64,000 nt of DNA from Pecten maximus (lineage: Eukaryota), in assembly GCF_902652985.1 (NCBI RefSeq), contig NC_047018.1, forward strand, positions 43,772,001 to 43,836,000, in the 5' to 3' direction. Position numbers and translations under genes: made by a program. Positions 41,054 through 53,555 of this stretch are shown piece by piece (the first letter of the stretch is position 1; each line of letters opens with the position of its first letter). The notes beneath the pieces were generated by a model, which saw only the letters and a program-made list of their open reading frames with translations, was not told the DNA's origin and did no database searches.

Positions 41054-41786
41054 TGTTTGTTTGTTTGTTTGACGGGTTGAACGTCCTCGTAACAGCCAAG
41101 GTCATTTGAGGACGAGTGCCAAGGTCACACCAACAGCCAGGGTCATTTGAGGACGAGTGCCAAGGTGACACCAACAGCCAGGGTCATTTGAGGACGAGTG
41201 TCAAGGTGACACCTGGAGTAAAGGTCATTTGAGGACGAGTGCCAAGGTGACACCTGGAGTTAAGGTCATTTGAGGACGAGTGCCAAGGTGAAACCTGGAG
41301 TAAAAGTCACTTGAGGACGAGTGCCAAGGTGACACCTAGAGTAAAGGTCATTTGAGGACGAGTGTCAAGGTCACATCAACAGCCAAGGTCATTTGAGGAC
41401 GAGTGCCAAGGTCACACCAACAGCCAGGGTCATTTGAGGACGAGTGCCAAGGTCACACCAACAGCCAGGGTCATTTGAGGACGAGTGTCAAGGTGACACC
41501 TGGAGTAAAGGTCATTTGAGGACGAGTGCCAAGGTGACACCTGGAGTTAAGGTCATTTGAGGACGAGTGCCAAGGTGAAACCTGGAGTAAAGGTCACTTG
41601 AGGACGAGTGCCAAGGTGACACCTAGAGTAAAGGTCATTTGAGGACGAGTGTCAAGGTCACATCAACAGCCAAGGTCATTTGAGGACGAGTGTCAAGATG
41701 ACACCTGGAGTAAAGGTCATTTGAGGACTAGTGTCAAGGTCCCATCAACAGCCAAGGTCATTTGAGGACGAGTGTCAAGGTCACAT
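41054..41786 (-). repeat. SINE-type 3' tail followed by a 41-bp satellite (~17 units, 7-mer higher-order repeat)
   Basis: (TTTG)n tail, AACGTCC..TAACAGCCAAGGTCATTT, then units AACAGCCAGGGTCATTTGAGGACGAGTGCCAAGGTCACACC / TGGAGTAAAGGTC..; a rare variant recurs at a 287-bp offset (41290 and 41577). Confidence 0.9.
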
Positions 41787-42584
41787 CTTGAGTAAGAAAA
41801 CAAAACACAGAGCGACAGAGCAGTGAGGAAACAAAGGAAAGGTTTAAGATCCAAAATGATAAATGAAGGCATGAATGGAGGCAGAAATGGAGGCAACTTT
41901 TAGTTGCGTTTTACGATCATCATGCAGTGAGATACAACGGGCCTTAGTTTTGGCTTTCCAATGTCACCAGAACCAAGACAACTGAGAAACACCTCGACCA
42001 TTTTACAATCCAACATAATGCTAAGGAGGGAGCATTCATTGTGCCTACATTATACCTACATATACACAATGTAAGCATACAATGTCTTTTTTTATTGGCT
42101 TATTAGTGTTAGAGAAATTTTTACTGATACAATAATGTAACAATTCTTAATCAGTAAGCCTTATAACTCCCTTACCTTTTGTTTTTGTTCTAGAGCTCAA
42201 ATTATGAGACGAGGTTGGAACGAAGTTAACCTTTCGTTAGGGGGTACAAATAAGACAACCACATGTGGATTTTTAGATGACAATAGGAATATCTATATTA
42301 TCCACAGGCGTCTGAATCTGCTTAGTACTCTTGGACATTTTGTTGAACACCACAGAGTATTCCTATAACTTTTTTTCGGTGTACAGTTCATGAACGTTGA
42401 GAAAACGGGAATGATTTCGGCCATGTCGCATCGGCGTCCCCGCCATGTGAACGCCGACACGGCGACAATGCCTCATGCGACAAATTATAGCCCCCCCCCC
42501 CCCCCCCCCCCCCCCGATACAAAAGGGCGACAGAATTTTTGTGGCACTGTCGCATAATTTTGTCGCATAGCGCGTTCATTTATC

Positions 42585-42900
42585 GCATGACGCACTGCCG
42601 CTCTTCACATGACGCACTGCCGCTCTTCGGATGGCGCACTGCCGCTCGTCACATGACGCACTGCCGCTCTTCGGATGGCGCACTGCCGCTCTTCACATGG
42701 CGCACTGCCGCTCTTCGCATGGCGCACTGCCGCTCTTCGCATGGTGCACTGCCGCCATTTCGCATGTCGAACTGTTGTTCTTCGCCTGGTACAATGTCTC
42801 TCTTCGCCTGGTATAATGTCACTCTTTGCATGGCGAATTGTTGCTCTTCGCTTAGTACAATGTCTCTCTTCGCCGAGTACAATGTCTCTCCTAGCATGGC
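42585..42900. repeat. 22-bp GC-rich minisatellite in a repeat element, preceded by poly(C) at 42491-42515
   Basis: CGCACTGCCGCTCTTCGCATGG units decaying rightwards. Confidence 0.85.
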
Positions 42901-45900
42901 GTACTCTTCATTTGGCTTGGGTGCCAATATGACAGCACAACATACTTTTTATATTACAAACACCGATAAGGCTATGTGTATGGTGCGTTCACTTCTTTTA
43001 TTAGATTTGTTAATATCTTCATTTAAGTCAGATTTACAGTCTCTCCCGTCTATATATTTTGGGGACAGTGATCGTAATTATAGGAATAGTTTGCATTCAA
43101 GGATAAGACGCGAATGTAGTTCCTTGATTATGATCTTTTCGGCCAAACCTCGTAAATAATGAAGCTTGTACTTGAGAATGTCTCTAATCATTTTATAGAA
43201 TGTTGTCTTAAACGAAAGGATATCCTTATCCAAAAAGTTTATTCTTTAAATGTTGAATTCAATTGGGAACAATTTGTTTGGATACATGCATCTTACCGTG
43301 AATCTGAATTCAAATGTATTTAGATATGAGAGAACATTCATTAAACCCAGCAACCGATTTTGATGATTTATTATTGTAGAAATATGTTTTTTTTGTGTTA
43401 CTAGTCTTCTATGGACAAATGTCTATGACGTCAATTCTCTTCTATGGGCAAATGTCTATGACGTCAATTCTCTTCTATGGGCAAATGTCAATGTAAATGT
43501 GCCTAATCCTTTGTTAGATTAAGATCTTGACTGTATTTGATAGGGCGGTCTGTGTTTTCTTATTGAACATTCTTCTATCTGACATAATGGCAATAAGATA
43601 ATTTTATGTGATCTCCAATTTGCTAAAAGTATGCCATGAATGCGTAAACAAATGTCAGACATCAAAATATATTTTATATAAAAAAATAAATAAAAAATAA
43701 ATAAATAATGATGATGATTGATTTTCTTGTTGACCATATTATTGAAATCGACACGCTGTGTTCAGGTGCCTGTTGTAAGTGTTAATGATAACATCGATCA
43801 ACACATAACATTCGGCATTACATATTTTACAAATAGTTCATATATAATAATCATACATAATAAAGTTAATATAAATGACTAGTATGACGCATAGTGCGGT
43901 TGAAATTAAAATGGTAGAGGTATTGAACAATATTAGTTATAGCAATATTTCAAAATTGTAAAAATGAGCATTTTTTAACTGATTGGCTCATTAAATGACA
44001 GTGATATCGATTTATACCAATATATTTCAATTACGAAAGTGAAAGTGATTGATTATCTGTGCTTCATGTTACACTTTACATTCGCTTTGACAATATGTGT
44101 ATACATTTTGAATATATCTATTTACATATTGGAGAATATTTTGAATTTGTTTTTGTCCATTTTATAGAGTAATGATAGATTTTGTTGTATGTTTATTTAA
44201 TTTCTAGGAATTTCCTGAGAATCATACTCATCAACATGGTTGATACAAAGGTACAATGTACCATATGTGTTGTGCAAAGCGCTAACGTAACGTAGGTCAA
44301 CATGGTGCCAAAATGACGTCATGCTATTATCACGTGATATATAATTGATATATTCGCACATTATTTAGTGATTCAATAGCGTTTACAGTGGTATAAACCG
44401 AATGGGGTCCAGGCATATTCTAAACGAAGCACCAGCGAATATGTCTTTATCCATTGCATTCATACCGCCGTAAATGCAATAAAAGCGCAGTTCAACCCTT
44501 GATATATCTTAATTAGTACTTATAATTTGATAATTATGTTCTGTAATAACTAAAAATTTTGAAGACGATATTGAAACTGCGTAGAAATGTGAGTGATAGA
44601 AGATAGCGGTAAATGGCGCTTTGCAAATCGAGGAGGTGGTAGCATATTTCTTAAACTTTCTGATGCCATTTCCCTATATTTTTGATAAATATTCCCAGCG
44701 TCAGAAGAAAAAGAGACGACCTAATTGGTAAGTAATGCATTAACTATGCTAATTATAAAAACTGAAAAACCACAGGAATTACAATTGGAGGTCTGATGTA
44801 AGTACAGAAAACGACAAGGAATGAGAAAGGAATTTAACCATATCGTTGAAGCACTGTTGAGGGGAAAAAGTGTTATGTTCACTTGTTGAAAATTTTATCA
44901 TGAAGTCTGACGCGACGTAAACACCGCCTTTGCCAAATATTTACAAGACTATATATGTAGACAAATTACGTCATAAATCGATATAAAATCAAGGTATAAG
45001 ATCGAAAATCCTGAACAGAAGACGAACTCATCGGTACCACCAGCCGGCAGACAAGTCGTGATGAGTTGTTAAGTAACATGGTCAATAGAGCATAATTTAC
45101 TCATATTTTAAAAATAGTGTTGTAGAGCATACCAAAGGTGTATAGAGACAACTAAAATGATAACAATATGCAATGAAGTCCTTTAGATGTATCACTGACA
45201 CAAACAGTGTTACACGAAAGTTCTAGCTATCTAGATATTAGGTGGATTTTAGGTTAAAATGATATCGACGAGCCAGCACGTTTTATAATGTATTTAAGCG
45301 TAACTAATGTAATTCTCTCTGGATAATTGACGGAAGCATAACCTACTTACATTTTACAAAGATTTTCTTAATCAACTCTACGTACGAAACCGATTTCTAA
45401 ATCCCATCCCAATCCAACAAGAGCGTCGAGCGAAGGACCTTTGATATTGTTTACAAACACGTCCTGGTTTTGAGCAGGGCGTACGTATTTCACCGTCAGA
45501 GTAAACGTTAGGGCACGCTCTGGCTATTTCGAGACATTGGTATGTTGACAAAATGGGCAAGTGGTTTGCTTAATTGGAGATAGACTGGCGGAAGATACAG
45601 AAAGCAAATTTGTGAGGAAGGAGAATTCATTAAAACTGAAAGTATGTACTTAGAGATCTAAAAATATTAGTCTATTACGACTATTGTTGTAAACTCATTC
45701 TTGGCACGTGCTAGGTATTTGAAATTGCACCTTACTCATTAAGAGCCTGCAAGCGTTACATCACCGGCAGATCTCGCATAGAATGTTTCTCGTATTTATT
45801 TACAGGTGTGTACAGGGCTGAAACACCGATATTGACGGAGGTTTTATAACTGATCATTATATGCACATTAAATCCGTAGAATATCGAGAATGCAATATAG

Positions 45901-46879
45901 TTATCACTATATACTAAATTCTGAAAATATGTACACGTACCAAACTTCAGTGCATTCACGCATCTTCACTGAATCATACTGATTTCGTCTAATACCAATC
46001 ATGGATTAATTCATGCTATTGTAGCTTATGCGTCGCTCATGGTCGTTCATACTCTTATGCTTAATGCTCAGTTGCATATATATTTATGTTGCACAGTTAA
46101 AAAAGACCACTACAAAGTCAAAACAAAAAATAAAACCTTCACTCGAAACCTCTTGTGCATCCCATGAAAATGTACTCGGTATACAGTCATTTCCTAACCT
46201 TTCTGCTCAGTTAGACGATATGCCAACAATGCGAGGCCATGTACCGTATACATTTGTAATTTATCAACAAATGCGTTAATGCGGGGCATCTGGTGGAGAT
46301 AGAATGTAGGAGGCTGGTCAATAATAGAACTATCTGTAATTGAACCTCGAGGAAGAGATGTGTTAAAGTTTATATGAACATTTGTATTTATTCTGTCGTT
46401 TTCTGACACAATGGAATAGCTATGTCGAAAATTGTTTTCGGTGCTTGTTTACAACCCGGTATTTCTGGAATTATTGTAATCCGACAGAAATATCTTAAGA
46501 ATGTCTCGTGTAGTATGAGGATTTCCACTACAATACTCAAATGCACCCAAATGTTGAACGAGGAATGGCTCCATCGAAAACGTCGTAGAGAATGCAATTT
46601 TGTAATATGTATGGTATGTAATCCCTAATTTGGATACAAGAAGAAATTCATCTTTAAACGTTCTATTTTAAGAACAGAGCAACTTTCTTGTATGTACTTC
46701 ATAACCGTGTCGCCATTACGAATTCGAAAACATTGCGCTGCCATGTTGTCTAATCGGTGGCTGGTTGGTCGATCAACTATATGAATTTCTTCGCCATAAA
46801 TTAATCAAGTTTCCCGAATATCAAGTTATGATGATACCAATACATCATCCTTAAAAGTCAGAAACAGAAAATCGTGGTA

Positions 46880-47281
46880 TAATAGGTTTATGACAATAGG
46901 TTTATGACAATAGGTAAATGACAATAGGTTTATGAAAATAGGTTTATGACAATAGGTTTATGACAATAGGTTTATGACATTAGGTTTATGACAATAGGTA
47001 AATGACAATAGGTTTATGACATTATATTTATGACAATAGGTTTATGACAATAGGTAATCGACAATGGGTTTATGACATTAGGTTTATGACAATAGGTTTA
47101 TGACATTAGGTTTATGACAATAGGTTTATGACATTAGGTTTATGACAATAGGTTTATGACAATAGGTTTATGACAATAGGTTTATGACATTATATTTATA
47201 ACAATAGGTTTATGAAAATAGGTTTATGACAATAGGTTTATGAAAATAGGTTTATGACAATAGGTTTATCACAATAGGTTG
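46880..47281. repeat. 14-bp minisatellite, ~28 copies
   Basis: TGACAATAGGTTTA units. Confidence 0.95.
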
Positions 47282-47284
47282 TAA

Positions 47285-47500
47285 GGCCGACATCATGACC
47301 TCATTGTGAAATATATTTCCGTCTTTGATAGCATTATTGACGACTTCGAGTGTTGTTACATTTGTTATTTACCTCTTGGCTCTATTGTCATCAGCTTCTT
47401 CATTTGAGAACGAGATATCAGGTGAATCAAACCAAGATATACATGGCGGGCGACGTCAATGAAACAACAGAAGACGCTTATTCTTCCGGAACACCTGTTC
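47285..47500 (+). mobile_element. Penelope-like element 3' relic
   Basis: GRHHDLIVKY remnant plus the 3' motif AGAAGACGCTTATTCTTCCGGAACACCTG, the reverse complement of the motif at 38070 and 57298. Confidence 0.6.
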
Positions 47501-48203
47501 AAACTATCTTTCCTTTGATGTGTATAGTCGTTATGAATGCCAGAGCTTTGCAGCACAATGCCATGTCTGTCTGTGTCATTCTTTTTTATTAAGTTTTTAG
47601 ATTAACTAGAAATGTTCATTTAATTTCTTAACTTGTTTCTTCTATGGGAATTTACAGAATTAAAGGAATTCTTCCGATCTCCTTTCTTTTTTTTACATCA
47701 AGTTATGTTTTCCTATGAACAAACTAAAGGGATTTATCTAAATTGAATTATTTTCTAAAACATGGGTCTGATTGTATTTCAGGAAATATGTGTAAGTGTC
47801 TCCGATATTTACCCCAGAGTCTAAAAAATGTATAATGGTACATCTATGATGCTTTAAATCTAGATGTTGTTATCAATACAAGTTATTTTTGGGAATGAAA
47901 GCCCTCCGTTTAAAACATACGTCACAGTTTTAGAAATGTGCGGATGCAAATATCTAAAATAAAATTCAAAGAAAATATTTACATGAAATTATAACAGTTT
48001 TACTTTTCACATGTAAATTTCGTTGTTATTTCGATTGATTTCTTTAATCATTTAGAATAAATAGTCTATGTAAAATGATATTACTTGTGGAGAACAATAT
48101 TTTGTCTCTTGATTCATTCAAATAGGATTTGCGGACAGGGTCTTAGTCATGTTGGAAAAAAACCCACTCGTCTCCATGTCGTTGAAATCGAATTTATGCA
48201 TGT

Positions 48204-48435
48204 GGTCAGGTGGCACAGTGGTAACACCTTTCACCTAGGCGACCGGGGTTCGATTTCCCGGTCGGACGTGAAAAGGTATTGGGTCATCGGCCCGACCACG
48301 TGGGTTTTCTCCGGGTATTCCGGCTTCCTCAAACAGTCATACCCTCGCGCTCTTCAATCCGGGCCAACAGGCGTGATTAATATGAGATAATATATTTTGT
48401 TTTGCAATTGTTGTAAAATTAATAAAGTTTAAATT
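48204..48435 (+). mobile_element. tRNA-derived SINE, second family
   Basis: A-box TGGCACAGTGG, B-box GGTTCGATTTCC, core GTGGGTTTTCTCCGGGTATTCCGGCTTCCTC (V-SINE-like), AATAAA-containing tail. Confidence 0.8.
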
Positions 48436-49139
48436 TTAATATATGCAATGTAATGTTAACAATATCACCGTTTTTGTGTTCTCCGAAAAACAACGAATCT
48501 GAATAATTATACAACATGAATTATTGTAAATAGAAATAATATGTTGTCAGCTAATTACAATTAAAAAGACATAAATATTCGTGACAAAAATTGCTTTGTT
48601 GAAGCTTTATATTTCAAACACTGTTTCGATGACTTAGATTTTGACGCATGAATTCCACCTACTACATCACGATATTGCATCAGAAATCATGTCCCTGTGC
48701 CACGACAACGTGTTGTCTGTGACCTAAAATAGCCAGACTACAAGTCACGAACGCACAGTCCATACTGTATTCAAATATTCCTTTTCTCAAATGGGACATT
48801 TACAACGTCAGCATGCTCAGTGCGTATGAATATGTACCTGATTTCACACCATTTATCAAGTATCAATCCGCCGTGATTGCAGAAAACTTTTGACTCTTTT
48901 ACATGTATATTGAAATATGCAAAAAATAACAAATTTAAAAAGAGCATATTCTCGTTTTCATTCTGTTTAATTGTGTCTTTCGCATCGAGCATTCTTTGAC
49001 GGATTAAATATTGCATCATAGCCTTGCACAAGTTCCGGAATAATGTTTCATATAGAAGACACACTCATGTAATAGGTGTTAACAGCAATTTTAATTGAAA
49101 TATAACAAGAAATATATTTAAGATAAACGGCATAGTTTT

Positions 49140-49478
49140 AATGCTGGTGGTTATAATGTAAAACTGCTGGTGAACAAAATTAACGAACTAATGCGTTTCA
49201 GCACGGATAACAAAACTATATCAGTTTGAATCATTTTTGGTGATAATAAGACTGCATTAGAATCAGGAATATTATTTTATTCATGTGTCATTTGAAAAGA
49301 TACATCTACTTATTCAGCGTGCATTCAATCTTAACTTTGTTTCGTTTTTAACTGCATATCTGTATTTTGCATTTACCGCTACATTGACCATCACATACTT
49401 CATCTTGAACAGTTACGCCACCTGTCGCGTCATATCCGGGGCCGAATTAAAGAATATTATACGGCTATGCCGAAAAAA
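49140..49478 (+). repeat. Dispersed repeat, left copy of an inverted pair
   Basis: Reverse-complement match to 52966-53251, e.g. CGCCACCTGTCGCGTCATATCCGGGGCC and GCATTCAATCTTAACTTTGTTTCGTTTTTAACTGCATATCTG. Confidence 0.85.
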
Positions 49479-50292
49479 TCTAGATCATATATGTTGTTGC
49501 TTAAAGTAACCAACGCCCTTTCGCCGTTAATCAGCAAATATAGCAACTTATGTTAACCCAACCAAAAATTTCTATTTTCAAAAACGAATGAATAAAACAT
49601 CCATAAAATAACGCGATAAATGCCAGCTTTATGATTCCTATTTCGTCAATGCATTCATATACAGATTAAACGACACATGAAACGGCCATATTAACACAGA
49701 ATGATTCAAAAGAATACAGTTAAAAATGTTCCAAACAAATCACGGTATGAATCAGCAGAAATGCATGGTGCCAATACAATGATGAAATTGCATATCATCA
49801 CAATGTCACAATGTTTGTTTTAAATTCATCATTCAAATAATGTGTCCATGTTATACAGACGCTTAAAACCAGTTCATTTATGTTTACTAGCTGTCAAATT
49901 CCACCCACACTAACCTCTACCTCCCAGAGAGGTCGGCCACACACACCATAGCATACGTACATTACGTACTTATAGATCAAATCAAACAATAATCGATAAT
50001 AATGAATTACATGAAAACATTATCAAAAGTAGTTAATTAAAAGCTTTCTAAAAAGAAATCTCCCAAGCAGCCATTCTTTCCTGGCCAAGTATCGTGAAAG
50101 ACTTGATTCATGCCGTCGATAACTTCCAAAGTGTGTCGGACGCTTATATACATTGGCATCAAATCCGAACACTAGGGGGCGTTGATGAGATACTTCCCCA
50201 TATTTCCAAGCTCCTTATACACACCCAACGTCAATGAAGAAGACCATTTCGTCAATTCACCCGTCAGTGTAAAACGCACCGTTGATTCTGTC

Positions 50293-50298
50293 TTTATT
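50293..50298 (-). terminator. Candidate HINT3 polyadenylation signal AATAAA
   Basis: TTTATT on +, ~150 nt downstream of the HINT3 stop codon. Confidence 0.4.
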
Positions 50299-50449
50299 CA
50301 CAGTCACTAAAATGATTGCAGGCGCTGATGTTAAAATGAGCAATTTAGTCCGTTTAATGACAATGTGTTTTATGGATATTTCGACAGCACCCCCGCAAAT
50401 GGTATCACAGTTCGTCCAAATGGCCTTTCATCTGCATATATGATCGCTC

Positions 50450-50497
50450 CTAAGACTTGGTATCCATTCCTTTCAATCTGCTTATGAGCCACTCTGC
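50450..50497 (-). CDS. HINT3: HINT3 terminal coding exon
   Basis: tatctattgcag|GCA, phase 0 matching the donor at 61787; AEWLISRLKGMDTKS*, resembling the HINT3 C-terminal helix (human ADHLIEKL). Confidence 0.85.
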   Translation of the reverse strand, partial: AEWLISRLKGMDTKS

Positions 50498-50700
50498 CTG
50501 CAATAGATATAAAACCAATGTTATATGAAGACCAAAGACAATCGATAAATGAGACGTAAGTACAGCGGCATTGCAGGGAATATTGGTGATTTTGAAACAC
50601 TAAAAGGATGGCAGGCATTGCCGATCAAAATTCTTATATTCAATTTTAATTTAAGTCAACGGGTTTAAGGCAAAGCGGTTAAGTCCATAGCAGAATCTAT

Positions 50701-52585
50701 CTCATATACACCCCAATCCTTCACACCAGATTCTCCCTCATATACATCCCAATCCTCCACACCAGAAATACACACCAGAGTCTCCCTCATATACACCCCA
50801 AACATCCACACCAGAAATACACACCAGAGTCTCCCTCATATACATCCCAATCCTCCACACCAGAACTACACACCAGTCTCCCTCATATACACCCCAATCC
50901 TCCACACCAGAGTCTCCCTCATATACACCCCAATCCTCCACACCAGAAATACACACCAGAGTCTCCCTCATATACACCCCAAACATCCACACCAGAGTCT
51001 CCCTCTTATACACCCCAATCCTCCACACCAGAGTCTCCCTCATATACACCCCAATCCTCCACACCAGAAATACACACTAGAGTCTCCCTCATATACACCC
51101 CAAACATCCACACCAGAGTCTCCCTCTTATACACCCCAATCCTCCACACCAGAGTCTCCCTCATATACACCCCAATCCTCCACACCAGAGTCTCCCTCTT
51201 ATACACCCCAATCCTCCACACCAGAAATACACACCAGAGTCTCCCTCATATACACCCCAACCCTCCACACCAGAAATACACACCAGATTTTCCCTCATAT
51301 ACACCCCAATCCTCCACACCAGAAATACACACCAGAGTCTCCCTCATATACACCCCAACCCTCCACACCAGAAATACACACCAGAGTCTCCCTCATATAC
51401 ACCCCAATCCTCCACACCAGTCTCCCTCATATACACCCCAATCCTCCACACCAGTCTCCCTCATATACACCCCAATCCTCCACACCAGTCTCCCTCCTAT
51501 ACATCCCAATCCTCCACACCAGAGTCTCCCTCATATACACCCCAATCCTCCACACCAGAAATACACACCAGAGTCTCCCTCATATACACCCCAATCCTCC
51601 ACACCAGTCTCCCTCCTATACATCCCAATCCTCCACACCAGTCTCCCTCCTATACATCCCAATCCTCCACACCAGAAATACACACCAGAGTCTCCCTCAT
51701 ATACACCCCAATCCTCCACACCAGTCTCCCTCCTATACATCCCAATCCTCCACACCAGTCTCCCTCATATACACCCCAATCCTCCACACCAGAAATACAC
51801 ACCAGAGTCTCCCTCATATACACCCCAATCCTCCACACCAGAAATACACACCAGATTCTCCCTTATATACACCCCAATCCTCCACACCAGAGTTCCCCCC
51901 ATATACACCCCAATCCTCCACACCAGAACTACACACCAGTCTCCCTCATATACACCCCAATCCTCCACACCAGTCTCCCTCATATACACCCCAATCCTCC
52001 ACACCAGAAATACACACCAGTCTCCCTCATATACACCCCAATCCTCCACACCAGAGTCTCCCTCATATACACCCCAATCCTCCACAGCAGAGTCTCCCTC
52101 ATATACACCCCAATCCTCCACAGCAGAGTCTCCCTCATATACACCCCAATCCTCCACACCAGAAATACACACCAGATTCTCCCTCCTATACACCCCAATC
52201 CTCCACACCAGAAATACACACCAGATTCTCCCTCATATACACCCCAACCCTCCACACCAGAGTCTCCCTCATATACACCCCAACCCTCCACACTAGAAAT
52301 ACACACCAGATTCTCCCTCCTATACACCCTAATCCTCCACACCAGAAATACACACCAGAGTCTCCCTCATATACATCCCAATCCTCCACACCAGAGTCTC
52401 CCTCATATACACCCCAATCCTCCACACCAGAACTACACACCAGTCTCCCTCATATACACCCCAATCCTCCACACCAGAACTACACACCAGTCTCCCTCAT
52501 ATACACCACAATCCTCCACACCAGTCTCCCTCCTTTACATCCCAATCCTCCACACCAGATATTAACCTCATAATCTCCCTCATAC
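50701..52585. repeat. C-rich modular satellite (34-36-bp core with optional 13-bp insert)
   Basis: CATATACACCCCAATCCTCCACACCAG(AG)TCTCCCT with optional AAATACACACCAG. Confidence 0.95.
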
Positions 52586-52965
52586 ACACCACATCGTATA
52601 TTATTACCAATATTGTTTTCAAGTTTCTTGTTACAGAAATATATAAACAAAAACTGATCACTTATTTTGCCTAAATCTAGTATATTTATTGCTTTAATTC
52701 CTTGTCAATCTCGAAATTCTCAAATAACTCTACCCAATAAACATTTAATATAGTGTTTAAGGTGTGCACTGGACAAAAATGGTTATACAATAAGAATTCG
52801 ATCCCGGGGGTGTCCTTGGGCGCGATTGTGAAGTTAACCCTATAGTATTGCAAGAACACGTTCTCGTTAAATCTCGCCCAAACGACGAGAACACGACCGA
52901 GAACAAGATGGAGGTCACCATGCGGGGAGTTAGTTTATAGAGACAAACTAGTACTGGTTCGTCGG

Positions 52966-53251
52966 TTTTTCGGCATAGCCGTATAATATTCTTTTGGCCC
53001 CGGATATGACGCGACAGGTGGCGTTACTGGTCAAGATGAAGTATGTGATTGGTCAATGAAGTGATAAATGCAAAATGCAGATATGCAGTTAAAAACGAAA
53101 CAAAGTTAAGATTGAATGCAATCTGAATAAGAGAATGTATCTATCCAAACGACACAGTAATAAAATTATATTCATCTAATTTTGTTATCAGTGCTGAAAC
53201 GCGTTCGTTAATTTATTTCACCAGCAGATTTACACTATAACCACCAGCATT
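52966..53251 (-). repeat. Dispersed repeat, right copy of the inverted pair (HINT3 last intron)
   Basis: Inverted, gapped copy of 49140-49478. Confidence 0.85.
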
Positions 53252-53455
53252 GACGGACCTGTAGATGTAAATACAGGTCTTTGAAGTCTTTGTCAAGGCT
53301 CGTTTGAAAGCAACATAAAATCATTAAAATATTTCATTAACCAACAACTCTGGTCCTACTGGTCAAACGTACAAAAGATGTATTAACGGCCATGGTCAGG
53401 ATCACTTGTTCCGGGAACAGTGTTCCAGGTCGGTGTTCTTTGTGTTTGGACAATT

Positions 53456-53555
53456 GGGGCCGCGGATGTCGAGTGGTAAAGGTCTCCTCCAAAACCATGG
53501 CACATCCTTAAATGACCGTGGCTGTTAATAGGACGTTAAACAAAATAAACCAAAA
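53456..53555 (+). mobile_element. SINE of the same family as 3370..3530, with large internal deletion
   Basis: GGGGCCGCGG head plus A-box-like TGTCGAGTGG joined to CCTCCAAAACC..TTAAATGACCGTGGCTGTTAATAGGACGTTAAA tail; imperfect TSD TTTGGACA. Confidence 0.8.

Noticed and set aside
44200-46650. Possible decayed or unannotated coding exons
   Set aside because: Short ORFs with stops, no recognisable domain and no consistent splice chain by eye; blastx would be needed.
48204-48275. tRNA gene
   Set aside because: A and B boxes are present, but there is no complete cloverleaf and it continues into a SINE core and tail.
50738-52440. Trp/Tyr-rich repeat ORFs
   Set aside because: Mixed 34/36/47/49-bp units shift frame constantly; intronic satellite.
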